This document shows positions 11,544 to 22,622 of a stretch of DNA of 32,618 nucleotides, piece by piece. The position numbers and the translations under genes are program-made. Each line of letters begins with the position of its first letter. The stretch's first letter is position 1. The notes under the pieces were generated by a model. It was not told where the DNA came from, ran no database searches, and was given only the letters and a program-made list of their open reading frames with translations. Source of the stretch: Octopus bimaculoides (taxonomy: Eukaryota); assembly GCF_001194135.2 (NCBI RefSeq), contig NC_068982.1, forward strand, positions 90,727,279 to 90,759,896, written 5' to 3'.

Positions 11544-11641
11544 TTTGACCTTGGTGAGATTTGAAATTAGAGAGCACAAAGTCGAAACCAATAGTTTGAA
11601 TTCTATCCGGCACTCTTACGACTCTGCCAGATAGTAACCTT
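11544..11641 (-). mobile_element. SINE family B 5' fragment
   Basis: The reverse complement gives AAGG..CTGGCAGAGTCGTAAGAGTGCCGG..TTTCAAATCTCACCAAGGTCAAA. Confidence 0.65.
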
Positions 11642-11673
11642 GAGCACATTCCCCACCTATGCATCCTGCATAT

Positions 11674-11675
<2 letters not shown>

Positions 11676-11716
<41 letters not shown>
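11676..11716. repeat. (GA)n microsatellite
   Basis: Directly visible. Confidence 0.95.
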
Positions 11717-11719
<3 letters not shown>

Positions 11720-11819
11720 AGCAGTTGTAACATAACCATACTCTGCTGAAGTCATCCTTTGCATGAATTATTCATCGGATGAATAACCATTTAGGCTTTT
11801 AAATAATTATTACTTTTCG

Positions 11820-12075
11820 GTTAAATATCTTCCTATACATTGATCTTCTTATTTCATGAAGCTTAAATAACTTCTCAAATACTATTGATCGGTTAAATAA
11901 TTTTCCAAATTGTATTGATTGACTGTAATAACTTGCTAATCTTTCCTGATCGATTTAATACCTCACTGAGTTCTTGTAGTCAGTTGCAAAACTGGTTTAA
12001 TTTCTATTTTAATTTCTTTCTAATTTTTACTAATCGATTAAATATCACCACAAAATTATTGATTGGCTAAAAATA
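11820..12075. repeat. Degenerate ~30-bp minisatellite
   Basis: Units TTAAATAACTTCTCAAATACTATTGATCGG (11863-11892) and TTAAATAATTTTCCAAATTGTATTGATTGA (11893-11922), with more decayed copies on both sides. Confidence 0.6.
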
Positions 12076-12638
12076 ATTTTTTTTCCTATATAAAACATAT
12101 TAAGTTATATCAAATGAATACATTATATCTCATAAATACGTTGTATATATCATATCTCATACATATGGTATATGCTAAAAATATATTATCCCATAAATAC
12201 ATTGTATCTCGGAAGTAATATATATTTTAGGACTATTTTGTTACTTGTGGCCTTAGCGAAGCTTTAGTACTCCGTCTCCTCTTTCTATTCCTCATTTCAC
12301 TTGATATAGTAGAATTTAATACTTAACCTAACAAAAGAAGAGAACAATAATAATAATAATAACTCCTCTATAAACGTAATGATTCCATAAAACGTGTTGA
12401 ATTGTATTCGTTACAGTGTAATAAAATCATGGAACTCATTTAGAGCTCATACATGTATCATTATACCCAAGTGTTTTATTTCTTAAAACTGCACATAAGT
12501 TTCGTATTTTATCGATTACAACCATGATATGAAGTGTCAACACATTTCGTGCTTTCTTCTGTGATCTAGTGGTCATTGACTCTATTTCACTGTATACCAC
12601 ATAATATCGCTTGCTTAAGTAATAACTATATTGTTATT

Positions 12639-13483
12639 CAAGGCAGTATCAAAAGGTTAGTTACTTAAGTTTTACGATCATCCCTTTCGAAATAGCCACT
12701 CTGCGCAGAATGCACCGGTCCCAGTGTTCCTGCCATCTTCGGAATCCGCCCTGGAAGTCGTGCTCTGTCAGCGAGTCGAGGACCGTCTGCGATTCACTCC
12801 GGATATGACAACGGTGTGAAAACGGCGTCCTTTGAGCTGCTTATTCATCTTGAGGAAGAGATGGAGGTCCATAGGTGCTACATTGGGTGAATAGGGCGAG
12901 TATAGAATCGATACCATGTTGTTTTTGGCGAGAAACTCATGAGTAAGTAGAGCTTGGTTACGGAGTGCATTACCGTCGTGAAGAATCGAGTTCTTCGCAC
13001 TTCACAGATCCGGTCGCTTCCGCCAAATTTCCTCCTTCAAACGCTCCAAAACGTCGTTGATTGTTTTCTCCTGACGATCCCCATGCACACGCTGATGAAT
13101 TTTCTTCAAATTTCCGGGGATGACACCCATAACAGGTCTTCCAGATTGCTCATCGTCTTTCAAGAACGTTCGTCAGCTTTTGAAGAGCCCGTGCTACTCG
13201 AAACATAGCGTACGACCCATTGCCTCGTTGCCTTAAGCTTGCAGAAGCATTCTCAATGTCTCTGTAGCATATTACCCAAGTTTAACGCAAAGTTTCACGT
13301 TAACTCTTTGTTCCTACTTCCTGTCCATGAAAAAAATCGCAAAAATGCCAGTTTTACAGCTTGTGAAACAAACACTGCGATGTCACTCAGCACACTGCGT
13401 CGTGAAGGTCACTGCTAGCAATCGTGGGCTATTATCTGTTGGCGCGTAACAGAACCAATTCGAGACCTTTTGATACCACTTCG
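12639..13483 (-). mobile_element. Mariner element 3 (irritans/Hsmar2-like), internally deleted, 845 bp
   Basis: TIRs CGAAGTGGTATCAAAAGGT (minus strand from 13483, TA at 13484-13485) and CAAGGCAGTATCAAAAGGT (from 12639). The N-terminal relic MDRK*EQRVNVKLCVKLG..ATETLRML..DDEQSGRP is fused to the C-terminal ILHDGNA..EFLAKNNM..YSPYSPNVAP..LFLKMNKQLKGRRF..YFERD. The central part, including the first catalytic D, is missing. Confidence 0.9.
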
Positions 13484-13739
13484 TATAGTTGCAGAAATGG
13501 CCGTATGCTCATGACGGTCGTTTTCTAATGGTGTTGATCTGGCTTAAGTTCTACTGCGTAGCAGTGGACAAGTGTTTTCTATCATAAGCCTAGGCTTACA
13601 TTGTGAGTGAAATAGGTAGACAAAAACTGCTAAAAAGTTCGTCATATATGTGCATGTGTGAATGTATTTATGTGTGGTGCATCTTTGTATTTATTATTTA
13701 CATTATTTACATTTGACGGATATTTGTCCTCATCATGTT

Positions 13740-13785
13740 AACAAAAGGTTTCGGCTGATATACCCTCCAGCCTTCATCAGTTGTC
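13740..13785 (-). ncRNA. Minimal hammerhead ribozyme motif, left arm (stem III palindrome broken)
   Basis: The minus strand reads GACAA CTGATGA A GGCTG gagggtatat CAGCC GAAA C CTT TTGTT. Core and stem II are intact and stem I pairs GACAA/TTGTT, but ACGT has become ACCT. Confidence 0.6.
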
Positions 13786-13842
13786 TTGGCGGAAATTCCG
13801 AACCTTGGTTCTCATTCCTAAGGTTTTTTTCGATGCTGCTGC

Positions 13843-13904
<62 letters not shown>

Positions 13905-13913
13905 TTACTGCTT

Positions 13914-13975
13914 GGAATCGAACTCGGAATCTTGGGGTTAGTAACCCGCGCCCTTAACCACTACGTATACCCGTG
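13914..13975 (-). other. tRNA-derived head, left arm (B-box intact, A-box damaged)
   Basis: The minus strand reads ..CGTAGTGGTTAAGGGCGCGGG TTACTAA CCCCAAGATTCC GAGTTCGATTCC. B-box GTTCGATTCC is within 13914-13925. Confidence 0.6.
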
Positions 13976-14058
13976 GGCAATTATGGAATGAATTTTAGGT
14001 CTTATAAATAAATTTAATCCCTAATTAGATTTGTAAGCCCTAAAATTCACTCCATAAT

Positions 14059-14115
14059 TGCCCACGGGCATATGGCGTAATGGTTAAGAGCACGGGCTAC
14101 TAACCCCAAGATTCC
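14059..14115 (+). other. tRNA-derived head, right arm (A-box intact, B-box deleted)
   Basis: A-box TGGCGTAATGG at 14073-14083 and anticodon-like arm CGGG-CTACTAA-CCCC. The 23 nt containing the B-box in the left arm are absent here. Confidence 0.6.
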
Positions 14116-14120
14116 TGAAT

Positions 14121-14172
<52 letters not shown>

Positions 14173-14222
14173 TCATCGAAAAATATCTTAGGAATGAGAA
14201 CCCAGGTTCGAAATTTCCCCAA

Positions 14223-14268
14223 GATACCTGATGAAGGCTGGAGGGTATATCAGCCGAAACGTTGTGTT
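14223..14268 (+). ncRNA. Minimal (dimer-type) hammerhead ribozyme motif, right arm
   Basis: GATAC CTGATGA A GGCTG gagggtatat CAGCC GAAA C GTT GTGTT. It has the CUGAUGA core plus an extra A, a 5-bp stem II, GAAA, palindromic ACGT in place of stem III, a GUU triplet, and stem I GATAC/GTGTT. Confidence 0.75.
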
Positions 14269-16297
14269 AACAACAAAAAGATGAGGACAAACATCCGTCA
14301 AATGTAAATAATGTAAATAATGTACATAATTTCTCATCTCTTAAATATAGAATTGTGTCTTTGTGTTTGTCTTTCTCCGCTTGATAACTAATGGTTCAGC
14401 ATAAATAGATGGATAGAATATATCCAAAACTTAAAATTAGTCGATTTGATCCACTTAGCCCTTCAACGTAGGGTCCTAACAAGGTTTTTGCACTTCAATG
14501 ACTGAAACACAGGAGCAAAAATAGAAAGGAAAGAGGTAGACGGAGAGAGGCGAAGAGAGGCGGAGAGAGGCGGAGAATAAAAGAATCAGAAGAAAACGTC
14601 AATTACAGGTGTCTGTTACAGACCCAACAATACTGATGGAGGTCGAATAAAATGTTACATCCGCAGGTTCAATAAAACAGATGGTGCAATGCGTATATGA
14701 GCCTGAGCCATCATCTCCTATCTAGAACTGCTTTTGAACCACCCGAGCTGGTCTACGATCAATGGCGCTCCAGTACTACCTGTCCAAGTTTTTTTTTTTT
14801 TTCAGGAACAGTATATCTAAACGTATTCTTTACAAGCATCTTAAAACAATGTTGCTAACTTCTACCTAACCTTCCCGTTTTTTTATCTCTTCTTCTTTCT
14901 CTCTCTACTCTCTCTACTCCCTTATCATTATCATCTGTTCTCTCAAGAATATTGGAAGAAGCAACTATACGTTATCTTTGAATGCGGTCGTTGACATGAT
15001 TTCAAATCCATAGTGTAGTTGTTTCATTTAAATTTGTAATGTGCCCACAACAGAATCCGATTTCCGCTTTCAGTTTCTGTTAGTGTCAATTACATAACAA
15101 AAATCGTATAACGAATTTCGACAGAAACTACTACAACTAAAATAAATATTCTGTATCCTGTGTTAAGCATTACTCTCTACTGATTTCATTTGAACAATTC
15201 TATTTCCATTGAATCAATTTACAAGTACTCAAAAGACAACAAACCATATGTATTCGTTGAGCGATAGCTATATTCTCTTTTGAAATTATTGAACGCAAAA
15301 CTATGATTTAAGTAATTCTGTATTTCCTGATTTATATTTTTTAAACAAAATTTCGTTATTTCTTGTTATTCGTTTTAAAGTAATTATTTCCATGGTAATA
15401 TTCGCGCCTTTGCCTTTTCAGACAGACAATATCTCTTCCAGTACACCTCAACACTATTTCTTTGTAAATCTCAAATTTCATTATTATGTAAAGTATTATG
15501 AAATATATAGAGTAAACTTGGTACAAGAACAACATAGTGAGGATGCTTGATTATCATATCGTTTGAAGAAGAGTTGACGTTTCGTATATATTTACACCGA
15601 TTCTCCATGCCAATATGAAAGACATTTGGTTCCGATGACTCAGTCTACTAAACTGCTGAATTAAAAAGGCCAAGTGAACATGGTATGGTGCCATTGGAGA
15701 GGAAATTGGCTTATATACTTAGCGACTCCAACGAGCCCGTAGAAATCGATCTTTAGCTCATTAAGGCCAAGTTAATACAGTACATAATTACAAACAAAAA
15801 TGCTTAGAGAAAAGTATTCTTTTATCGAAAATACATCTATTTTATAGTATGTTAGGATTTCTAATTGGTTGAAAAACGTGGTTACCATATCTCAGAAGAA
15901 AGACACTCTTCATAATCTGAAACATTAAAAAAATGTTCTTCTTTTCCTTTTATTCTACGAGACATAAATAAAGTCGGTTTATCAGAACTAGTTGTAGGGT
16001 AGCTGGTGACCCGAACAAGTCGAGTTGTGACTACCTTTCAATTTTTATTTTTAAATTTCACAAAGTGTAAAACCTACAAATATAAAAATCAAGTATTTAT
16101 TATAATTTATTAATTTTAAGAACGTTTTATTTATTTTCATTTTCCGATTTTATTTTGAATATCCCAAACATATTACGTGACACCCACGTTCAGCAGTGAT
16201 GCTTTGGCTGACAAATCTAGTTGCCGACTTTTTATTATGAGAAATTTAAAGGAGGTTTTAGGTACAAAGTCATGGAGAGTATTACCAACAATACGAT

Positions 16298-16475
16298 GAT
16301 GGTAGACTGACAGAATCGTTAAAGCGTCGGACAAAATGTTTTGTGGTATTTCAAACCTTTTTTTTTTATTGTGTGTGTGTGTTTTCGGGTTCAAATTCTG
16401 TCGAGTTCAAATTTACCTTTCAACACTCCGGGATCAATAATTTAAAGTCCCAGTCAAGTATTGGAATATAGTTGC
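16298..16475 (+). mobile_element. tRNA-derived SINE family B (decayed)
   Basis: GGTAGACTGACAGAATCGTTAAAGCGTCGGACAAAATG..GGGTTCAAATTCTGTCGAG..ACCTTTCA..GGGATCAATAA. Confidence 0.7.
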
Positions 16476-19400
16476 CTAACTTCTTCCCCTCAGTATTACT
16501 CGCTGAGAAGTTCAACTTGGGTAACAAGACTGTTCTCATGATTAATGAGTTTTATTTATTCCTTTAATTATTTATTTGCTTATAATACAGTTATGTAACT
16601 TAAGATTTGATGGGCAGGTGTGTTACTATAACGGTGTGAGCCAAACATTTTCTCCGGGGAATTTAAAATATTAAACATTTTAAATGAATTGAAAAAACAA
16701 CTAGAGGGAATTAAAAACTCATTTTTTTCCCACTCCTTGTGTATCACCAATAATTACATATCTTCTCACACATTACTCTCCTCCTTTAGACTATCAGGAA
16801 GAATAGAGGTCAAGCGTTTCATGAAATATACAAATAGACATTTAACACTTGCATTGTTATAAACATCTTCTGCGCATCTTCCCATAATAATCAGAGGTTT
16901 TTCAAATCAATAAGCTTATCTCAAAGTCATCGCTTGACCGCTTAGAAATAGCAGCCAACCAAATTTTGCCTCTCTTGTTACACTAAAGTTTTGAGACAAA
17001 CATACTATAATATAGATCAAGTATAAAAATCGGATGATCGAGGTTAGAGCGTCTTTGACCTGCGAAGTTGATTAGGGTTAAACAGAATCAACAACAACAG
17101 TGACATCATAAACTTCTTCCTTATATCAGAAATATTCATGGCAAAAGCTATTTTATAAACAATTTATGTTTTAGTGACGAATCTATTGAATTTATTCAAT
17201 TTTACAGATACACTTTTCGTGATTCGTCTGACATCAAAGATATTAAACTCATTAATAAAACTCGAACACATGAATATGCGTTGGCGTTGTCAATGTCGTA
17301 TTATCGATCTGTGTATGCAGTGATAATTTCAACGTATGCTTAGATATTTTTCAATATATAAATAAGTCAGTAATTTTTAACCAATCATACGTGTCTGGAA
17401 GAATAGAGAAGACATGGTATCAATGTTATTAAAACTTCCGCAAGGAAATCTTCTCAGTGCTTTCTTTTCTTTTGTTATCTATATGGACATATTAGCTAAG
17501 ACGTGACTGATAAATAATACTTCATATTTTCCTTAATCATAATTTTAATAAATATTTAAGCCTATTTATTATAACTCCTTTCTGTTCCCTCCCTCTCCTC
17601 TCTTTTCCTCTCCCGGTCTCCCCATTTTTTTCATCTACCATGCCTACAAGCATCGTTGATCATGGACAATGTCTGAAGATTCATGAGTTCTCAAAGTCAG
17701 GTGCCGCAATAAATTTTCGTGGTGTTCTGTCAGTTTATTTATAATTTCCTCTTCTATCCTTCTTCTCTATCGAGTTTATTCTTGAAATACAGGGGCTATT
17801 TACGGAGGGCTGGTTCATATGACATCAGGGATTGTCCCATTATCGGTGAACCTTTGTGATACATGTCTAGGTATCAGCCGTTCTCGTACTGTATACTTTA
17901 GCCATAAGACCATCTGCTGTTTCACCCATAATTGGTGTCTCTGAATGTACCGCTACTCCGAGTCAGAGCAGACTTGGAAGCAATAATTACTAAGGAGTAA
18001 TTCTCAATTCCCTAAAATTTGGGAACTCCCAAGCTGTATTTTCATCACTGTTTATATATTTTAATGTTTTGCTGAAGACGATTATATTGCAACTTAGTGT
18101 CACTTATTAACCCACGGGATGAACAAACTCCCCTGTTAAAGGAAATAATACAGCACTTATGAAGAAAAACTATCATATAACATTTCAGAGAACTTTACAA
18201 AGAATCGATTATTGAATAAAGTCTGCTTTCAATAGAGACTCAGAATTGTAAGAGCTAGTACGTAGCACAATGGTTGTAAAGTGCACATGCTTTAAGGTGA
18301 GTGTGTGATTTGTCACAGTTTCAAGCAATCAGTAATCATGATTGATGAAACCCAACAAATTTGAAATGCAGACGCTTCCACGGTTTGTAGATGTTCCGCT
18401 GCTAAATGTCATTCAATGCCTAATTGGTTTTCAACAACAACAACTGCTCCAAGTATCGCTTGATATTTATTTGAAATTGAGTAATTGCTTTGAGCTGCAC
18501 TAGTTAGATATCAGAAATGATGGAAACTAAGTTTCAAAGTTGCGATAGTTGTCAAGAATTAAGTGGTTGCTTGTTTGCTGTCCTTCTTGAATTGTTACTT
18601 GTAACTCATAAGGAAATGTTACTAGTATAAAAAAAGCAACTGGACAATGGTATACAAGGCAAGACTTTGGTGTCAGAGCAAAATATGCATTTGAAAATGG
18701 ATAACAGAGCAAACATTGCCAGTGCATCAATAAACGATGCTAATAAGTGATATATATATAAATTTGTATACATAGTATTTAAGAATCCAAACCGGATATT
18801 ATTCGAGAAAGTATTGCCGGGTATGAAATTAATCGGGATTATTAAAGAATAGGCATAACAGATATATTCATCAAATATATTTAGAAATATGAGTCATTGT
18901 TTTCAATGGGTTATCATTAGTTCAAGTACCTAGCTCATCTGACATTCAATTCCACTAACTCCGTTGCCTATTTAGCAAAAATTATTGTTACACTCTTTCC
19001 CATGTATTCTCTTCTATCAAACATTTTAAAATCTAACTGTTGTGCTTTTACAATTTCCCTTGTGGCGTATCATAAATGATATTCTCATTGGAACTTGAAA
19101 TACAATATTAATAATCCACACGAGTTATTTAGAAATATTTTCATATTTGCTAAAATTATATCTGGCCTGTTGGTAATTGTTATTTTGTGCACACCACATA
19201 CGGAATGTTAGTAGAGATTCTTCTTATTTTTCCTATCTTTGTTATTTCATTGTTTTCCAATTGCTATGTTGTCCACAGAGTATAAGTCTGGTAGATATTT
19301 GCGAATTTATAATTGGAAGCCATCATAGATCTATAATATTGATACAATAAGAATAAACATTAGAGAACACATTCTTCCAAGATGACCACCAGAGATGCTG

Positions 19401-19704
19401 ATGGCTCCTTTTTTTAATATTGAAGATTGATTTTATTGATTTTCAAACTATTTTATTAACATTTCCATTTACATTGATTTAGCACAGTATTTCAGTTGAT
19501 AATAAAATTCTTTGCAATCTTGATGGCTTTATTTCCCACAATTTATGGTTTAGCGATGACATAGATTCATACATTTCAGACATCCTGAAAGGCAGGATTT
19601 GTAAACAGACATGGCGTCTGTGGGTGGCTGACAGAGAAATTCAGGCGACTTGTCTACTTCGTTTCACAACAAACCATTTTCTCAATTCTATGGTCAGTAA
19701 TTGC

Positions 19705-19735
19705 AAACACACTCGCACGCACACATACACACACA

Positions 19736-19776
<41 letters not shown>

Positions 19777-20054
19777 CCACACACACATTTTCCTCCAAGC
19801 TGAAGACAGAATTTAAAGAAGATGGTTATATTAACGTATTAACATCGACGTATATATGGGCCAATCAATCAAATTTAAAATCTCTTTCTCTATCTCTTTC
19901 TTTTCCTCCCTTTCAATCTATCTCTTTCATTGTTTCTTTCTCCTTCTCTTTCTTTTTTCCCTCCTCATTTTTTCCTTCTTTCCCTGTTTTTTTCCTTCTT
20001 TTTCACTCTTTCTCTGTCTTCTTTTCTTCCAATCTCTCTCTCTCTCTACCTCTC

Positions 20055-20106
<52 letters not shown>
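19705..20106. repeat. (CA)n microsatellite and long polypyrimidine/(CT)n tract
   Basis: Directly visible; it is the source of the ORFs at 19701-20166. Confidence 0.9.
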
Positions 20107-20109
<3 letters not shown>

Positions 20110-20609
20110 AATACGCACACATATTCTCTAACTCAGTCATTCTCACGTACACACGAACCTTATTAATATTTAAACCAACACCTTCCAGTGACAATACAAC
20201 TTACTACTGATGCGACTGACAGTCTCTAGAATGCTGCAAAAAGTATGCAATACTGTTAGATATCATGTATTGTAAATTATAACTAATTGTTACGGCCATG
20301 TATTACATCAGTAAGCTGTCAGTATGGACTATAATTTACAATACGAAACGCACTCATTAAAATATTAAACTATAACGATCTGAAAGTAAACGCTGAACCA
20401 AATAACTTAATGAATTCTGAATAAATATGAAACTGTCCAGAATAAATATAATTAAGTTGATTTAAATGTCTGTAATCCACTAATGATATTTATGTCGTAT
20501 TCGGCATATGTTTGTGTGATGTTCACAAACATTGTAACAAACAAGAGAACAGAGATTTAAGCAGTAAAAAAAGGGAGAAAATGTGTGCACTTTTGTGAAG
20601 TATTCTACT

Positions 20610-20968
20610 GGTGTAACTGTGAAGTAAGAAGCTTGCTTCCCAACCACATCGTTTCAGATTTAGTCCCATGGCGTGGAGGTTTGAGCAAATGTCTTAGGGC
20701 CGAACAAAGCCTTTTGAATGGATTTGGTAGATGGAAACTGAAAGAAGCTGGTTATATATTTGCGTGTATACGTGCGCGTGTTTGTGTGTTTGTCTTCGTG
20801 ACTGGATTTGTCCTTCAGCACCGCTTGACAACAGTGTTGGCATGTTTACGTTCCCGTACCATAGCGTTTCTGTAAAAAGAACGCTAGGACAAGTAGCAGA
20901 CTTACAAGGAAAAAAGAAAAAGAAAACAGAAAGCAGTAGAGTCTATTTGTTCGACTAAAACCCTTGAC
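20610..20968 (+). mobile_element. tRNA-derived SINE family A, near full length
   Basis: Head AAGAAGCTTGCTTCCCAACCACAT, core GGATTTGGTAGATGGAAACTGAAAGAAGC, internal TG-rich tract, and tail CGCTTGACAAC..GTTTACGTTCCCGT..TTTGTTCGACTAAAA. Confidence 0.85.
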
Positions 20969-21604
20969 GATAGTTTAGTTAGAAACAGCTAATTGTTAAT
21001 TGTGTATGGAAATGTCACCCAGTGCCTATATGAAGTGATTAGAATGAAAAATTACCTACAAAATCCCTTTGATGTTCATAAATGGATGTGCTTGGCTCCA
21101 ATTAAATAGTGTTGAACCGGTGTACACGGGTAATTAATTAATAAATCCACTAATTAGCACATTTCCCAAAATCTAAAATGTACATTTCAGATTATGAAAG
21201 GTATCTCATTTGTCTCAAAATTTTAGTTACATATTTTTTTCTTTAAACATTCTTTGGATTCCAAATTACTCTTTGTTCTCCTGTAGATTTCTGTAATCAA
21301 AGTCGGTAAACAGCTTGCACTCTACTTTTTTTTTTTTTTCATTTTGCTCACAATTTTATTCTTAAAAACAGGTCTGCAGAACATTTCTGCCCTGTATATT
21401 TCCTTCCAAACACGAAACACTTAATATTATCACTTCATTCTCGCCATTAACAAACTTCCTTCTTTCTACTCAACCAAACATTTTTCCCTAGAAGTATTAT
21501 TGTAATATTTCGTAACATATATCTTTTCTGTATACGTATAAGCTACACGTTGCCATGGCTAAACGTAATAGGTAATACTTTATTTTACATCATCATGTAA
21601 TATA

Positions 21605-21821
21605 CGAGAGGGTGCTGAAAATTTCCTGGCTTTAACGGTATCGCGAGAAACCTGATTGGAGGCACAACCTTCCGTGTTCCCTCACAGGTCTTAGAAAAAC
21701 TGAAGGAACGCTGTAGTAAGTGTGTGAATCAGAGAGGGAAATATGTTGAATAAAATCATAATTAACTGATCTTCCAGTATTTTCTTTTACCCAAAGTCAG
21801 GAACTTTTCTGCACCTACTCG
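21605..21821 (+). mobile_element. Mariner-derived MITE (217 bp)
   Basis: TIRs CGAGAGGGTGCTGAAAATTTCCTGGCTTT and (reverse complement) CGAGTAGGTGCAGAAAAGTTCCTGACTTT, with TA at 21603-21604 and 21822-21823. It retains the transposase C-terminus GLRKTEG/LEKLKERCSKCVNQRGKYVE*. Confidence 0.85.
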
Positions 21822-22433
21822 TATAATTCTACTTTCATTCACCCTACCAAAAGCAAAATAATTTCTGATTTCTTCTGTCTTCTTCCTTCTGTTCCTTTGT
21901 TTGCCATTTTCCAGATCAATTTTTTTTCTATTTTTGAATGTAAAGCTCTTTCATCCCACTAGTATTTTACATATTCCTGTATTAACTTAATTTTATACAT
22001 CAGCAACAGGTTGTATGCATCCATATTATTCTCCATCTGTGAATTACAACACAAAACGCAACGCAGAAGCTCGTATATTGTAGTTGAATATTGAAGTGAT
22101 AACAGCCAAATTTTCCTCAAATCACATCCCACCACCTTAAAAAAGAAGACGCATACGATAGTGTAGTTTCAAACACATGCTATATTTAGAAAGAAAATGG
22201 CATGGTGATAACTGAAATATTTTTCAACGTAATCTAACCTGGTGCTAAATAAACCATGAGATTATCGCAAGTAACGAGTGTGAGTCTGTATGGAGTTGCT
22301 CAACCGGATAGATATAGCAATAGAATTACCCTCAATTCATGCTAAAGTATTTATCAATAAAAAATGGAAAGGTTAAAAATAGAATGCCTTGGAACATAGG
22401 TCTCATCGATTGAGGCATATCAATAAATACTTT

Positions 22434-22465
<32 letters not shown>

Positions 22466-22474
22466 AACAAACAA

Positions 22475-22622
22475 ATATGACAGTCTTCTTTCATTTTCCG
22501 TCTACCAAATCCGCACACCAGTTTTGACCGTCTCGAAACTACAGTAGAAGAGGTTCCACTCAGTGGGATTGAACCCAGAATCATGTGTTTGAGGGGCAAG
22601 CTTCATACCACACAGCCACACC
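22475..22622 (-). mobile_element. SINE family A 5' half
   Basis: The reverse complement gives GGTGTGGCTGTGTGGTATGAAGCTTGCC..GGGTTCAATCCCACTG..GGATTTGGTAGACGGAAAATGAAAGAAG. Confidence 0.8.

Larger units (their letters stand above)
13693..14321. repeat. ~630-bp palindrome (arms ~13693-14009 and ~14029-14321, ~19-nt spacer)
   Basis: The left arm is the reverse complement of the right arm through the tRNA-like head, (TAA)n tract, hammerhead motif and TGTAAATAA repeats. Scattered substitutions and indels separate the arms. Confidence 0.95.

Noticed and set aside
13662-13991. Poly-Leu membrane-like ORF
   Set aside because: Translation of the (TAT)n tract within the palindrome arm.
13914-14115. 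Functional tRNA genes
   Set aside because: Each head lacks an intact A- or B-box, there is no matching acceptor stem, and an ACT anticodon is atypical. Treated as SINE-like heads.
15576-15608. Minus-strand GTGTA-AATA-TATAC-GAAACGTC hammerhead-like end
   Set aside because: The CUGANGA core is missing and stem I does not pair; at best a decayed remnant.
18600-18705. Sushi-like words (GNVTSIKKATGQW..FGVRAKY)
   Set aside because: Required cysteines and spacing are absent and an in-frame stop follows.
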